In this document: positions 1 through 9,262 of the stretch, in pieces | How the letters are laid out: each line of letters begins with the position of its first letter | How positions within the stretch are numbered: the stretch's first letter is position 1 | From: an uncultured beta proteobacterium | GTDB lineage: Bacteria > Pseudomonadota > Gammaproteobacteria > Burkholderiales > SG8-41 | DNA: 64,000 bases | NCBI GenBank assembly: GCA_902825845.1 | Contig: CADECM010000017.1 | Location: 3,077-67,076 of the forward strand | Reading direction: 5' to 3' | Notes under the pieces: model-generated | The model's database searches: none | What the model saw: only the letters and a program-made list of their open reading frames with translations | What the model was told of the DNA's origin: nothing | Translations under genes and position numbers: made by a program

Positions 1-851
1 CGCAACTCGGAATGCGCGTCGCGATCCGTCAATGCGGCCACCAGCGCGTGCGCATCGCGGGTGTAGCAGAACACCGTTTCACCGTGTCTTTCGCAGCGTT
101 CGGCGAGTTGTTTGCCGCCGGCAGTTGCCCATGCTTCGGCGCCGTCACCGTAGACTTCAACCACTTCCGGCTCGATGTGTGCCGCGATCAGCTCGCGCGG
201 CGTGCCGACGGCGATGATGCGGCCATGGTCCATGATCGCGAGCCGGGTGCACAGACGCTCGGCTTCTTCCATGAAGTGCGTGGTGAGCAGCAGGGTCTTG
301 CCGCGCAGCATGAGCTGGCGCAGGCGTTCCCAGATCACGTGCCGCGCCTGCGGGTCGAGGCCGGTAGTGGGTTCGTCGAGGAACAGCAGGTCGGGATCGT
401 TGATCAGCGCACGCGCCAGCGTGAGACGCCGTTTCATGCCGCCCGACAGCGCCTGAATGCGCGAATCGGCGCGCGCGGTGAGGCCGGCATAGTCGAGCAG
501 GCCGGGGATGCGCTCGTCCAGTGCGGCGGGCGACAGACCGAAATACCGTCCGTAGACGCGCAGATTTTCGCGCACCGTGAAATCGGGATCGAGGTTGTCG
601 ATCTGCGGCACCACGCCGGCGCGGGCGCGCGCTTCGCGCGCATGCGTGGCCACGTTGTAATCCAGCAGCGTGATGTGACCGGCGTCGGCCCGCGTGAGGC
701 CCAGCGTGAGCCGCAGCGTGGTGGTCTTGCCCGCGCCATTGGGTCCCAGCAGGCCGAAGCATTCGCCGGGCGCCAGTTCAAAATCCAGCCCTGCGACGAC
801 CTCGCGGCCGTCGTACGACTTGCGCAGGCCCTGCACCGCCAACAACGTCAT
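1..851 (-). CDS. ABC transporter ATP-binding protein (3' end runs off window start)
   Basis: Absent from the ORF track because there is no stop in the window. Reverse translation from ATG 851-849 gives [19 protein letters not shown]...[12 protein letters not shown] (Walker A), LSGGMKRRL (ABC signature) and [12 protein letters not shown] (Walker B). ATGA start/stop overlap with the upstream hydrolase gene. Confidence 0.9.
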   Translation of the reverse strand, partial: MTLLAVQGLRKSYDGREVVAGLDFELAPGECFGLLGPNGAGKTTTLRLTLGLTRADAGHITLLDYNVATHAREARARAGVVPQIDNLDPDFTVRENLRVYGRYFGLSPAALDERIPGLLDYAGLTARADSRIQALSGGMKRRLTLARALINDPDLLFLDEPTTGLDPQARHVIWERLRQLMLRGKTLLLTTHFMEEAERLCTRLAIMDHGRIIAVGTPRELIAAHIEPEVVEVYGDGAEAWATAGGKQLAERCERHGETVFCYTRDAHALVAALTDRDAHSEL

Positions 852-1456
852 GCGCACCAGCGCGCGACAATTTGCGACAGCAGATTCAGGCGTCCGTGAA
901 AAAAGTGATCGCCGCCGGGCAGCACCACCAGCGGCAGGTTCTGCGGCCGTGCCCAGTCAAACACGGCGGTGAGCGGCACCACGTCATCCTGCTCGCCGTG
1001 AATCACCAGTGTGTTTTCCGGCACCGTCTCGGTGGCAAAACGGTTTACCGCCGGGCCCACCAGAATCATGCGCTCGCAGGTGATGCGTTTGGCGACGCGC
1101 GTCTGCACAAAGCTGCCGAAGGAGAATCCGGCCAGCAGCAGCGTGCGGGTGGCAAAGCGCGCCATCGCGTACTCGGCCACCGCGATCAGGTCATCGGTCT
1201 CGCCGATGCCCTTGTCGTGCGCGCCTGCCGTCGCCCCCACGCCGCGAAAATTCGGCCGCAGCGCGACATAACCCAGTCCGGACAAGGTGCGCGCCAACGT
1301 GGTGACAACCTTGTTGTCCTTGGCACCGCCCTGCAGCGGGTTGGGATGCGCGATCAGCGCGACGCCGCGCCGCGTGGCACCGGGATCCTGGATGTCGGTT
1401 TCGATGCCGCCCGCAGGGCCGGGAACAAGTACGGTTTCGACGGGGATGGGGGGCAT
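848..1456 (-). CDS. small alpha/beta-fold hydrolase
   Basis: 202-aa ORF with a nucleophile-elbow-like [15 protein letters not shown] and C-terminal GGDHFFHG, typical of COG2945-type hydrolases. Confidence 0.7.
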   Translation of the reverse strand: MPPIPVETVLVPGPAGGIETDIQDPGATRRGVALIAHPNPLQGGAKDNKVVTTLARTLSGLGYVALRPNFRGVGATAGAHDKGIGETDDLIAVAEYAMARFATRTLLLAGFSFGSFVQTRVAKRITCERMILVGPAVNRFATETVPENTLVIHGEQDDVVPLTAVFDWARPQNLPLVVLPGGDHFFHGRLNLLSQIVARWCA

Positions 1457-1469
1457 GGCAAATGACCAT

Positions 1470-1541
1470 GTGAAGGCGTGAAGGTGTAAAAGCGTGAAGG
1501 GAGTACCCCATTCACGCCTTCACTCGTTCACGCCTTCACGG
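1470..1541. repeat. octamer-array palindrome (4x GTGAAGGN / centre AGTACCCC / 4x NTTCACNC)
   Basis: Read directly: GTGAAGGC GTGAAGGT GTAAAAGC GTGAAGGG AGTACCCC ATTCACGC CTTCACTC GTTCACGC CTTCACGG. The arms are imperfect reverse complements. It lies in the gap between the ferredoxin-like and hydrolase genes. Confidence 0.85.
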
Positions 1542-1544
1542 TCG

Positions 1545-1853
1545 TCAAATCTTGAGTCGCTCCACCACCCGACCGTTCAACAGGTGTTCCTGCACGATCT
1601 CATCCACGTCTTCCTGGTCGACGTAGGTGTACCAGGTTTCCTCCGGGTACACCACCATCACCGGGCCTTCGTCGCAACGATCGAGGCAGCCTGCCATGTT
1701 GACGCGCACCTTGCCCTTGCCGCTGAGCTTGAGTTCCTTCACCTTGTCCTTGGCGTAGTCGCGTATCTTGCTCGCACCGTGGTCGTTGCAGCAGTTCTTG
1801 CCGTTGTCGCGCTGATTGCAGCAGAAGAATACGTGGCGTTCGTAGTAGCTCAC
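1545..1853 (-). CDS. thioredoxin-like [2Fe-2S] ferredoxin family protein
   Basis: ORF 1545..1916. Cys pattern FFCCNQRDNGKNCC...MAGCLDRCDEGPVMVVYP. Probable GTG start at 1853 (VSYYERHVFFCC); the upstream 21 aa look non-native. Confidence 0.7.
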   Translation of the reverse strand: MSYYERHVFFCCNQRDNGKNCCNDHGASKIRDYAKDKVKELKLSGKGKVRVNMAGCLDRCDEGPVMVVYPEETWYTYVDQEDVDEIVQEHLLNGRVVERLKI

Positions 1854-1925
1854 GGGGGACCTCGTCTGATGAAGGGTGGGCCGATCATTATAAAGCGTAA
1901 GCCCGGCGCAGGACACGCCGCGCGT

Positions 1926-3056
1926 TCACCATCGGCGCTGTCGCCACCATGCGGTGGTCAGGTAGCTGATTGCCAGCAGCGGCCATAATTCGGACAGTGC
2001 GCGAAATATCGAGGAGAAACTCAGGAAATGGCTGGTTCTGCCGTTGGTCAGCTGCGGCGGCAGGCTGAAGTAGGGATTGTCGGGCGCCAGATTGATCGCC
2101 GCCAGCGCGATCATGATGCACACCAGCGCCGCGATCAGCCGTGTGCGGTGGCCGAGCGCGAGTGCAACGCTCAACAGGACGGCGCCCAGTATCAAGCCCA
2201 CCACGGCGCCCGGCGTCAACCACGCCCATGCCCCTTGCGGCTTGCCCAGCACCGCTGAAATCAGCATTTTCAGCGCCAGTGCAGCGGCGATCACCAGGCC
2301 GATGACAATGCCGCGGCGGATTTCCGTGCGCAGCAGTGTCGACAGCAGCAGGCCGATGCCCAGCAGGTTAAGGAATACCACCGTGGCCTCGGCCGACAGC
2401 ACGCGGCTGGGCGTGTGCATGAACATCACCGGCAGGTCGAAGGTTTCGCGCAGATGTCCGGTGCCGAATACCTGAGTCCACGGATTCAGGTGGGTGGCGA
2501 TCCACAGGCCCGCCACGACAATACCCACATCGGTGAGCATGCCCGGTACGCACAAGCGGTCGCGCAGCGCGCCGATGCGCGCGCCCAGTGCGTGCGAGGG
2601 CAGAAACAGCGGCGCCGCCAGCGCGCCGATCAGGCTGCCGGCGCCGTTGGTGAGCACATCGACATTGCTGGCGATGCGCGCGGGCAGAAACATCTGCACC
2701 CCTTCCATGGCGATGCTGATGCCCACGGAGAGCAGCGTGCCCGCGATTACCGCGGCGAACGGGCGCAACCACTGGCGCAAGCCCAGCGCCAGCATGAAAC
2801 CGAGCGGCACATACGCACAGATGTTGATCAGCACATCGCTGAACGTGATATAGCGCGGCCACGGCGCGCCGAGAAAGCCGTACACATCCGCGGCGGGCAG
2901 TCGCCAATTGCGAAACGGCTGCAGGCTGGCGTAGACGATGGTGAGCAGGTAAGCTAGTGCCAGCACCAGCGACAACACATACACATGCTTGGAACCGGCG
3001 GCCGGGGCCTGTGCCGCGGTTGCCATGCCGGCCCGCGATTTAGAGTCAGACACCAT
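1926..3056 (-). CDS. VanZ-like family membrane protein
   Basis: 376-aa polytopic ORF. N-terminal LQPFRNWR...FSDVLINICAYVPLGF resembles a VanZ domain and is followed by many TM helices. The start is uncertain (M1 at 3056 or M11 at 3026). Confidence 0.6.
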   Translation of the reverse strand: MVSDSKSRAGMATAAQAPAAGSKHVYVLSLVLALAYLLTIVYASLQPFRNWRLPAADVYGFLGAPWPRYITFSDVLINICAYVPLGFMLALGLRQWLRPFAAVIAGTLLSVGISIAMEGVQMFLPARIASNVDVLTNGAGSLIGALAAPLFLPSHALGARIGALRDRLCVPGMLTDVGIVVAGLWIATHLNPWTQVFGTGHLRETFDLPVMFMHTPSRVLSAEATVVFLNLLGIGLLLSTLLRTEIRRGIVIGLVIAAALALKMLISAVLGKPQGAWAWLTPGAVVGLILGAVLLSVALALGHRTRLIAALVCIMIALAAINLAPDNPYFSLPPQLTNGRTSHFLSFSSIFRALSELWPLLAISYLTTAWWRQRRW

Positions 3057-4012
3057 TGCGCAAATACTACGACATTTTCAACGGCGATGCCGACGGCCTG
3101 TGCGCGCTGCACCAGTTGCGGCTGGAGACGCCGCGAGATGCCGCGCTGATCACCGGCGTCAAGCGCGATATCCGGCTGCTGGAGCGCGTCGACGCCGGCG
3201 CCGGTGACGCAATCACCGTGCTGGATATCTCGCTGAAATCGAATGCCGCGGCATTGGCAAAGCTGCTGGGGCGCGGGGTCAAGTGCGACTATTTCGATCA
3301 TCACGCGGCGGGCATGATCCCGCATCATGCGGGACTGACGGCGCACATCGATACCTCGTCCGAGATGTGCACCAGCCTCATCGTCGACCGCCATCTGTCG
3401 GGCCGGCACCGGCTGTGGGCGGTGGTGGCGGCGTTCGGCGACAATCTGGTCGCCGCGGCAGTTCGCGCGGCGCAACCGCTCAAGCTTGATCACACCGATC
3501 TGGCGCGCCTGCACGAACTGGGCGATTGTCTGAACTACAACGCCTATGGCGATACGCTTGATGACCTGCATTATCCGCCGGCGGATTTGTATCAGGCCAT
3601 CAAACCGTATCGTGATCCGCGCGAATTCATGATCGACGAGCCGGTGTTCGAGGTGCTGAAAAACGCGTTCCGCGAAGATCTGTTCCGCGCGGAGGAAATC
3701 AAGCCCGAGTTCGCCGGTGACAGTGCGGCGCTGTATGTGCTGCCCGAAGCGGCGTGGAGCCGCCGCGTCAATGGCCTGTTCGGCAACCGCCTTGCGCAGG
3801 CGCATCCGCGGCGCGCGCATGCGGTGCTGGTGCGCAAGGCGGATGGCTATACGGTGAGCGTGCGTGCGCCGCTGTCCGATTTGCGTGGCGCGGATGAACT
3901 GTGCGCGCAGTTTGAAAGTGGCGGTGGGCGCAAGGGCGCTGCCGGCATCAACCAGCTGCCGCAGGCACAACTGGCGGCCTTTGCCGACGCTTTTCGTCGA
4001 GCGTACTCATGA
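3056..4012 (+). CDS. DHH-family phosphoesterase-like protein
   Basis: 318 aa with N-terminal FNGDADGLCALHQL, DHH-like YFDHHAAG and DHHA1-like SGGGRKGAAG. TTG start per the ORF track. Confidence 0.6.
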   Translation: MRKYYDIFNGDADGLCALHQLRLETPRDAALITGVKRDIRLLERVDAGAGDAITVLDISLKSNAAALAKLLGRGVKCDYFDHHAAGMIPHHAGLTAHIDTSSEMCTSLIVDRHLSGRHRLWAVVAAFGDNLVAAAVRAAQPLKLDHTDLARLHELGDCLNYNAYGDTLDDLHYPPADLYQAIKPYRDPREFMIDEPVFEVLKNAFREDLFRAEEIKPEFAGDSAALYVLPEAAWSRRVNGLFGNRLAQAHPRRAHAVLVRKADGYTVSVRAPLSDLRGADELCAQFESGGGRKGAAGINQLPQAQLAAFADAFRRAYS

Positions 4013-4540
4013 TTGTAAGTTATTGTTTTTAAACAAATTTTTTTCATGGTGCAGCAGCCCCAGCTCCAGCAGCGCAAACGCGCAGAGCCACAGCGCGGCG
4101 TCCCACGCGTCCATCCAGTCGCCGCGTGCCAGCCACACCAGTGCCAGCGCGCCGAGTCCCGTGTAGAGCAGTGCTGCAGCACGTGCAAATGCCCGCGCAT
4201 GTACGGCTGCGCGCGCCGGCAGCCGCAGCTGAATCTCCAGCACTACCACCACGCCGATCCACAGCAGCAGATTGGCGGCGTCAAGCCATTCCTTTTCCTG
4301 CACATACAGCACCGCCGTGGCGGCGATGGCAAAGGTCGCCAGCGCGCGTACGGCATGCACCAGCGTCAGTGTGCCAGGCCGCCACCGGCCGCGCGTGCCC
4401 TCGAGGGCAAACAGGATCAATAGGGCATACCACGCAAGTGACTCCAGCGCCACGCTGAAGCGCCCGGCGGCCACGTAGTACACAGTGTTGCAGGCAAGCA
4501 GTCCGAGGATGATCGGGCCCGTCAGCCGCCCGCGCGCCAT
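4007..4540 (-). CDS. hypothetical integral membrane protein
   Basis: 177 aa with 5-6 hydrophobic helices. One-nt TGATG overlap with the upstream symporter suggests co-translation. The C-terminal EKNLFKNNNLQS is encoded by AT-rich motif copy S1. Confidence 0.5.
   Translation of the reverse strand: MARGRLTGPIILGLLACNTVYYVAAGRFSVALESLAWYALLILFALEGTRGRWRPGTLTLVHAVRALATFAIAATAVLYVQEKEWLDAANLLLWIGVVVVLEIQLRLPARAAVHARAFARAAALLYTGLGALALVWLARGDWMDAWDAALWLCAFALLELGLLHHEKNLFKNNNLQS
4015..4044 (-). repeat. AT-rich A-tract/IHF-core motif copy S1
   Basis: GTAAGTTATTGTTTTTAAACAAATTTTTTT. Its reverse complement AAAAAAATTTGTTTAAAAACAATAACTTAC has the core AAACAATAACTTA, one mismatch from WATCAANNNNTTR. It sits at convergent gene ends. 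Confidence 0.6.
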
Positions 4541-6060
4541 CAGCGTTCGGGAGGCCTGGCGCCGGGGTGGTGATGTCCGGTCGCCGGCACATGATGGGTG
4601 AGGCTGGAGGCATGCGCATGCGGCGCATGTGTTTCAGGATGCAGGGGCGTGGGACGGCCCACCACCTGCGGCGACAGCGATCCGGCGATCATGCCGGCGC
4701 CGGCGGCGGCGAAACCCAATAGTTGCGGCAGCCACACCTCGTTGTTGGTGCCGAAAAATTCCAGCAAGATCCAGGTGAAAAATCCCGCCGCTATGCCGGT
4801 GAGCGCGCCCTGCGTAGTGGCGCGCTTCCAATACAGGCCGAGGAACAGCGGGAAAAATGCCGACACCAGCGTGATCTTGTAGGCGTTCTCCACCATCTTG
4901 AAAATACTCGCGCTGGTGTTGAGCGCAAATAGCAGCACAATAAGGGTAAAACACACCAGCACCACGCGCATGGTGCGCAGGAACGCGCGGTCGGACATGC
5001 CGGGCCGGATATTGCGGATGATGTTCTCGGAGAATGCCACTGATGGCGCGAGCAGGGTGGCGCTAGAACAGCTCATGATGGCCGATAGCAGCGCGCCAAA
5101 GAACACCACCTGCGCCAGCAGCGGCGTGTGCTGCAGGATCAGCGTCGGCAGCACCAGCTGCGAATCCTTGTCGATCAACGCGGTAAATACCTTCGGATCC
5201 ACCAGCGTGGCGGCGTAGGCGAGAAACATCGGCACGAACGCAAAAAAGAAATAGATCGACCCGCCCAGCACGGAGCCGCGCACCGCGGTTTTCTCGTCCT
5301 TGGCCGAGGTAATGCGCTGAAACACGTCCTGCTGTGGAATCGACCCCAGCATCATGGTGATCCAGGCGCCGATGAAGGGTATCCAGGCGACCGCTTTGGC
5401 CTCCGGGAAAAAGTCCAGCTTGCCGCTGTCGGCCGCGTGCGCCACCACCACGCCCACGCCGCCGGTCATGCCGGCGATCACGTAGCCGATGTAGAGCATG
5501 CCCGCCATGACCACGGTCATCTGGATAAAGTCGAGTATGGCGATCGAAAACATGCCGCCAAAGGTGGTATAGGTGAGCACGATTGCCGCGCCCAGCACCA
5601 TGCCCAGCGGCTGGCTGACCGCGCCGCCGCTCACCACGAAAAACACCAGCCCCAGCGCCTTGATCTGCGCCGACACCCAGCCGAGGTATGACGCCACGAT
5701 CGCCAGCGAACACAGGACTTCCACGGTGCGGTTATAGCGCAGGCGGTAGTAGTCGCCGATGGTGAGCAGGTTCATGCGATACAGCTTGCGGGCAAAAAAC
5801 AACCCGGCAAGGATCAGGCACAAACTGGAACCAAACGGATCGGCGACCACGCCACGCAGCCCCTCTTTGACGAAGGTGGCCGAGATGCCGAGCACCGTTT
5901 CCGCGCCAAACCAGGTGGCGAATACCGTCGCCATCACGATCGGCAGCGGCAAGTGACGGCCGGCAACCGCAAAATCCTTGGCGTTATGTACGCGGGTGGC
6001 GGCGATCAGCCCGATGGCGAGGGAGATCAGCAGATAGGTGACGACAAACCAGATCAGCAT
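4540..6060 (-). CDS. sodium:solute symporter (SSF) family transporter
   Basis: ORF 4540..6117. Likely start at M20 (MLIWFVVTYLL). AVAGRHLPLPIVMATVFATWFGAETVLG is typical of SSF proteins; 13-14 TM helices; His-rich C-terminal tail. Confidence 0.85.
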   Translation of the reverse strand: MLIWFVVTYLLISLAIGLIAATRVHNAKDFAVAGRHLPLPIVMATVFATWFGAETVLGISATFVKEGLRGVVADPFGSSLCLILAGLFFARKLYRMNLLTIGDYYRLRYNRTVEVLCSLAIVASYLGWVSAQIKALGLVFFVVSGGAVSQPLGMVLGAAIVLTYTTFGGMFSIAILDFIQMTVVMAGMLYIGYVIAGMTGGVGVVVAHAADSGKLDFFPEAKAVAWIPFIGAWITMMLGSIPQQDVFQRITSAKDEKTAVRGSVLGGSIYFFFAFVPMFLAYAATLVDPKVFTALIDKDSQLVLPTLILQHTPLLAQVVFFGALLSAIMSCSSATLLAPSVAFSENIIRNIRPGMSDRAFLRTMRVVLVCFTLIVLLFALNTSASIFKMVENAYKITLVSAFFPLFLGLYWKRATTQGALTGIAAGFFTWILLEFFGTNNEVWLPQLLGFAAAGAGMIAGSLSPQVVGRPTPLHPETHAPHAHASSLTHHVPATGHHHPGARPPER

Positions 6061-6191
6061 GGCATGGCAGTGGGAAGAATCGGGTGAAACGTTAAACGGG
6101 TAAGGACGGAAGTGCAACGTCGCGCAGCCGTTGCGGAAGCCCGCGCGAGCGCGGCGATTTCAGGGAATTCTGGCGTTCCAGAGACCAAGGC

Positions 6192-7043
6192 TCAAAAGTC
6201 CTCGCGCACGCGCCAGTAGCTCGCGAAACGCGGCACACCGTTCTTGGTGAGGCCGCGATAGGTGTAGGTGACCTGTGCCCCGATCGGCGGCGGGGTGGCA
6301 CGCACGGCATCGGTAAAACCCGTGCCGATTTGAAATTGCTTGCCATCCGGGGTTTCAACCCGCAGTGCGCCGAGCTTGCCGGCGTATTTGCCCTTGCCTG
6401 CCACGTGGGCGATGACTTTGGCCTCCGCGTCCTCGTGCGGTTTCAGCTTGAGCAGCGCGTCGCTGCGCCCGGTAACATAGGGCGCATCGGTCCGGTGCAG
6501 CATCAGTCCTTCGCCGCCCGCCCGCACAATCTCGGCAAGCTTGCGCCGCAACGCGGCATTGTCGGCGACGTGGAACTGCTCCACGGCCACCAGGTGGGCC
6601 AGATTCGCCTGCGCCACAATGCGTTGAATCTGCTGGTGGCGTTGCGCAAACGTGCCCGGCGTATCGGGCAATTCAAACACCATATATTTGACCTGCCGCC
6701 AGTTGTCGTCCTGTGGCACAGACTTGCGCACGATACCCGACAGTTTTTCGAATTGACCGCGCGCAATCCACAACTCGCCATCCAGCGCCTGTTTCGGCAG
6801 CCCGGCGGTGAACCACCGGGGCGCGGCAATGACATTGCCGGCCCGCGTGCGCAACGTCTGGCCGTCCCACAACCCGCGCACGCCGTCGTATTTTTCACTG
6901 ATCAGGTAGGGCTTCGGATCAATGTCGGCATGGGCAACCTGGGCGAGCAGGGCGTCCGCCGCGGCAGGCGTTCGCGCGTGCGGCTGCGTCAAAAAGGCCA
7001 TGCACAGCGCGAGCGCCAGCAAGCACTCGATTACCTTGGTCAT
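6192..7043 (-). CDS. ATP-dependent DNA ligase, minimal Lig E type with signal peptide
   Basis: Adenylation motif SEKYDGVRG (KxDG), LMLHRTDAPY and LLKLKP, with an OB-fold C-terminus. The N-terminus MTKVIECLLALALCMAFLTQPHA is signal-peptide-like. The track ORF extends to 7349, but that extension overlaps ubiB and is Ala/Gly-rich shadow. Confidence 0.85.
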   Translation of the reverse strand: MTKVIECLLALALCMAFLTQPHARTPAAADALLAQVAHADIDPKPYLISEKYDGVRGLWDGQTLRTRAGNVIAAPRWFTAGLPKQALDGELWIARGQFEKLSGIVRKSVPQDDNWRQVKYMVFELPDTPGTFAQRHQQIQRIVAQANLAHLVAVEQFHVADNAALRRKLAEIVRAGGEGLMLHRTDAPYVTGRSDALLKLKPHEDAEAKVIAHVAGKGKYAGKLGALRVETPDGKQFQIGTGFTDAVRATPPPIGAQVTYTYRGLTKNGVPRFASYWRVREDF

Positions 7044-7063
7044 TGGATGTCTCCTGATTGCCG

Positions 7064-8590
7064 CTACCCCAGCCAGACCAGCATGGCCACCAGCGCCGTG
7101 CTCAGTGCGAACAACACTGCCAGCAAACCCAGCGACCGCTGCAACCGTTGTTGTTCGCCCTGCAAAAACGCCACTTGTTTTTGCAGCGGCGCCACGCGGT
7201 CCTCGCTCAGCGCACGATGGATCAACCGCGGCAGTTGCGGCAGTGTGCTGCCCCAGAACGGCGCTTCTTCCTGCACCTGCCGCAGCAGCGCGCGCCAGCC
7301 CACCTGTTCCGACATCCAGCGTTCGAGGTATGGTTTTGCGGTGGCCCACAAATCGAGGTCAGGATCAAGGTCGCGCCCAAGGCCCTCGATGTTGAGCAGG
7401 GTTTTTTGCAGCATCACCAGCTGCGGCTGCACCGCCATGTTGAAGCGGCGCGAGGTCTGAAACAGGCGCAGCAACAGCTTGCCGAACGAAATTTCCTTCA
7501 GCGGCTTGTCGAAAATCGGTTCGCACACGGCGCGGATGGCGGCTTCGAAATCCTCGACACGGGTGTCGGCGGGGATCCAGCCCGATTCGATGTGCGCCAA
7601 CGCCACGCGCCGGTAATCGCGGCGGAAAAACGCCAGGAAATTGCGCGCGAGATAGCTCTTGTCGCTGGGTGTCAGCGTGCCCATGATGCCGAAGTCCAGC
7701 GCGACGTACTGCCCGGCGGGCGTGACCAGGATGTTGCCCGGATGCATGTCAGCGTGGAAAAAGCCGTCGCGGAACACCTGCGCAAAGAAGATTTCCACAC
7801 CGGCGCGCGCGAGTTTCGGGATGTCGACACCCTGTGCGCGCAGCTCATCCACCTGCGATACCGGCGTGCCGCGCATACGCTGCATGACCATCACTTCGGT
7901 GGAGCAGTATTCCCAGAAAATCTCCGGCACCGCCAGCAGCGGCGATCCCGCGAAGTTGCGCCGCAACTGGCTGGCGTTGGCTGCTTCGCGCATCAGATCG
8001 AGTTCGTCATCGAGGTGGCGCGCGAATTCGGCCACGACCTCATGCGGTTTGAGGCGTTTCCCGTCGGACCATAGCCACTCCATGAGTGACGCCCCGGCGT
8101 CCAGCAACTGCAGGTCGCTGCGGATAACCTGCGCGATGTCGGGCCGCAGAATCTTGACCGCGGCTTCGCGACCGTCATGCAATTCCGCCACATGCACCTG
8201 GGCCACCGAGGCGCTGGCAAGCGCGTTGCGGTCAAAGCTGCGAAAAATCGCCGTCAGCGGTTTGCCCTGTTCGCGTTCGATGATCGTGGCCGCCTGATCC
8301 CCCGAAAATGGCGGCACCTGATCCTGCAGCCGGGCAAGCTCGTCGGCGATGTCTTCCGGCAGCAGGTCGCGACGCGTCGACAGGATTTGTCCGAATTTGA
8401 CGAAGATCGGCCCCAGCGCTTCCAGCGCATGGCGCAGGCGAACGGCGCGCGGCGCCGACAGGTCGCGCCAGAACAGCAGGACGCGCAATACGCGATGCAG
8501 GCCGCCTGCACGCCCGTGGCCGAGCAGGAATCCGTCGAGGCCGAAACGCAGCGCGACGGCGATGATTTTGATCAGGCGGAGCAGGCGCAT
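7064..8590 (-). CDS. ubiB: ubiquinone biosynthesis regulatory protein kinase UbiB
   Basis: 508 aa with [41 protein letters not shown], the ABC1/UbiB kinase-like core and C-terminal TM helices. Confidence 0.95.
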   Translation of the reverse strand: MRLLRLIKIIAVALRFGLDGFLLGHGRAGGLHRVLRVLLFWRDLSAPRAVRLRHALEALGPIFVKFGQILSTRRDLLPEDIADELARLQDQVPPFSGDQAATIIEREQGKPLTAIFRSFDRNALASASVAQVHVAELHDGREAAVKILRPDIAQVIRSDLQLLDAGASLMEWLWSDGKRLKPHEVVAEFARHLDDELDLMREAANASQLRRNFAGSPLLAVPEIFWEYCSTEVMVMQRMRGTPVSQVDELRAQGVDIPKLARAGVEIFFAQVFRDGFFHADMHPGNILVTPAGQYVALDFGIMGTLTPSDKSYLARNFLAFFRRDYRRVALAHIESGWIPADTRVEDFEAAIRAVCEPIFDKPLKEISFGKLLLRLFQTSRRFNMAVQPQLVMLQKTLLNIEGLGRDLDPDLDLWATAKPYLERWMSEQVGWRALLRQVQEEAPFWGSTLPQLPRLIHRALSEDRVAPLQKQVAFLQGEQQRLQRSLGLLAVLFALSTALVAMLVWLG

Positions 8591-8599
8591 GCGGTTGAC

Positions 8600-8670
8600 G
8601 TGCGGCGCGAGGCGTGAGGCGTGAGGCGAAAACCAGTTACGCCTTGTGCCTCACGTCTCACCTCTCACGC
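8600..8670. repeat. heptamer-array palindrome (GTGAGGC units)
   Basis: GTGCGGC GCGAGGC GTGAGGC GTGAGGC gaaaaccagttac GCCTTGT GCCTCAC GTCTCAC CTCTCAC. It lies between ubiJ and ubiB, and the right arm supplies the last ubiJ codons (ELRER*). Confidence 0.8.
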
Positions 8671-9227
8671 AGTTCAATCCTTTTCTCCAGTCGCGCCAGA
8701 TCGTCGCGCAGCGCGTCGACCTCACGCACGAACTGCTCGATTTCGCCGCGGCTGGCGATCAGGGGACGCTCCTCCGTCCAGTACTCGGCAAAGGAGCGCG
8801 CCAGGTTGTCCGCGCCCTGCCGGCTCCACGTGCCGATCTTGCGCCCCGTTTCGACCATGCGGTGTGCCGCGACGTCGCCGACCATGCGGCTCAAGTCCTC
8901 CTCAATGTCCCATCGTGCGTGGCGCGCAATATGGCTGATCGCCGCCGCAAACTCCGGGTTGCCTTCGACCGGCACCTCATGCCACACCGAAGCATCGCCT
9001 GCCATCAGACGCAACATAAGCCCCGCCGAAAGGCGTACCACGACATCGGGCACGACGTCGGCAGCGGCATCGGCAATGGCGCCATCCGCGGTCACCATCA
9101 TCATCACCGAGAACGGCGCATTATCGATGCGCGCCACGCGGCCCGCATGCGGCAGCAGCCGTTCGCGCGCCCATGAATTGGCGCGCAGCAGGTGGTTGAC
9201 CGGACCGGCGAGGATCGGAATGCGCAT
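8658..9227 (-). CDS. ubiJ: ubiquinone biosynthesis accessory factor UbiJ (SCP2 domain)
   Basis: 189 aa with an SCP2-like N-terminal half and a coiled C-terminus. It sits immediately upstream of ubiB, as in the canonical ubiE-ubiJ-ubiB clusters. Confidence 0.75.
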   Translation of the reverse strand: MRIPILAGPVNHLLRANSWARERLLPHAGRVARIDNAPFSVMMMVTADGAIADAAADVVPDVVVRLSAGLMLRLMAGDASVWHEVPVEGNPEFAAAISHIARHARWDIEEDLSRMVGDVAAHRMVETGRKIGTWSRQGADNLARSFAEYWTEERPLIASRGEIEQFVREVDALRDDLARLEKRIELRER

Positions 9228-9262
9228 GATCCGATTGTATCGCGGCCGCTTCCTGCCGCGGT

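Noticed and set aside
12-899. 295-aa + strand ORF (and several others at 32-972) overlapping the ABC ATPase gene
   Set aside because: These are Arg/Ala/Gly-rich antisense shadow ORFs typical of GC-rich DNA. The minus-strand frame carries clear Walker A, signature and Walker B motifs.
3026-3058. Overlapping divergent start codons of the VanZ-like (3056, -) and DHH (3056, +) genes
   Set aside because: This is probably a start-codon assignment problem, since the VanZ-like gene may start at M11 (3026). It is not enough to claim an unusual arrangement.
7044-7349. N-terminal 102 aa of the track ORF for the DNA ligase
   Set aside because: It overlaps the 3' end of ubiB and is Ala/Gly-rich. The internal Met at 7043 gives a canonical signal peptide directly followed by the ligase core.
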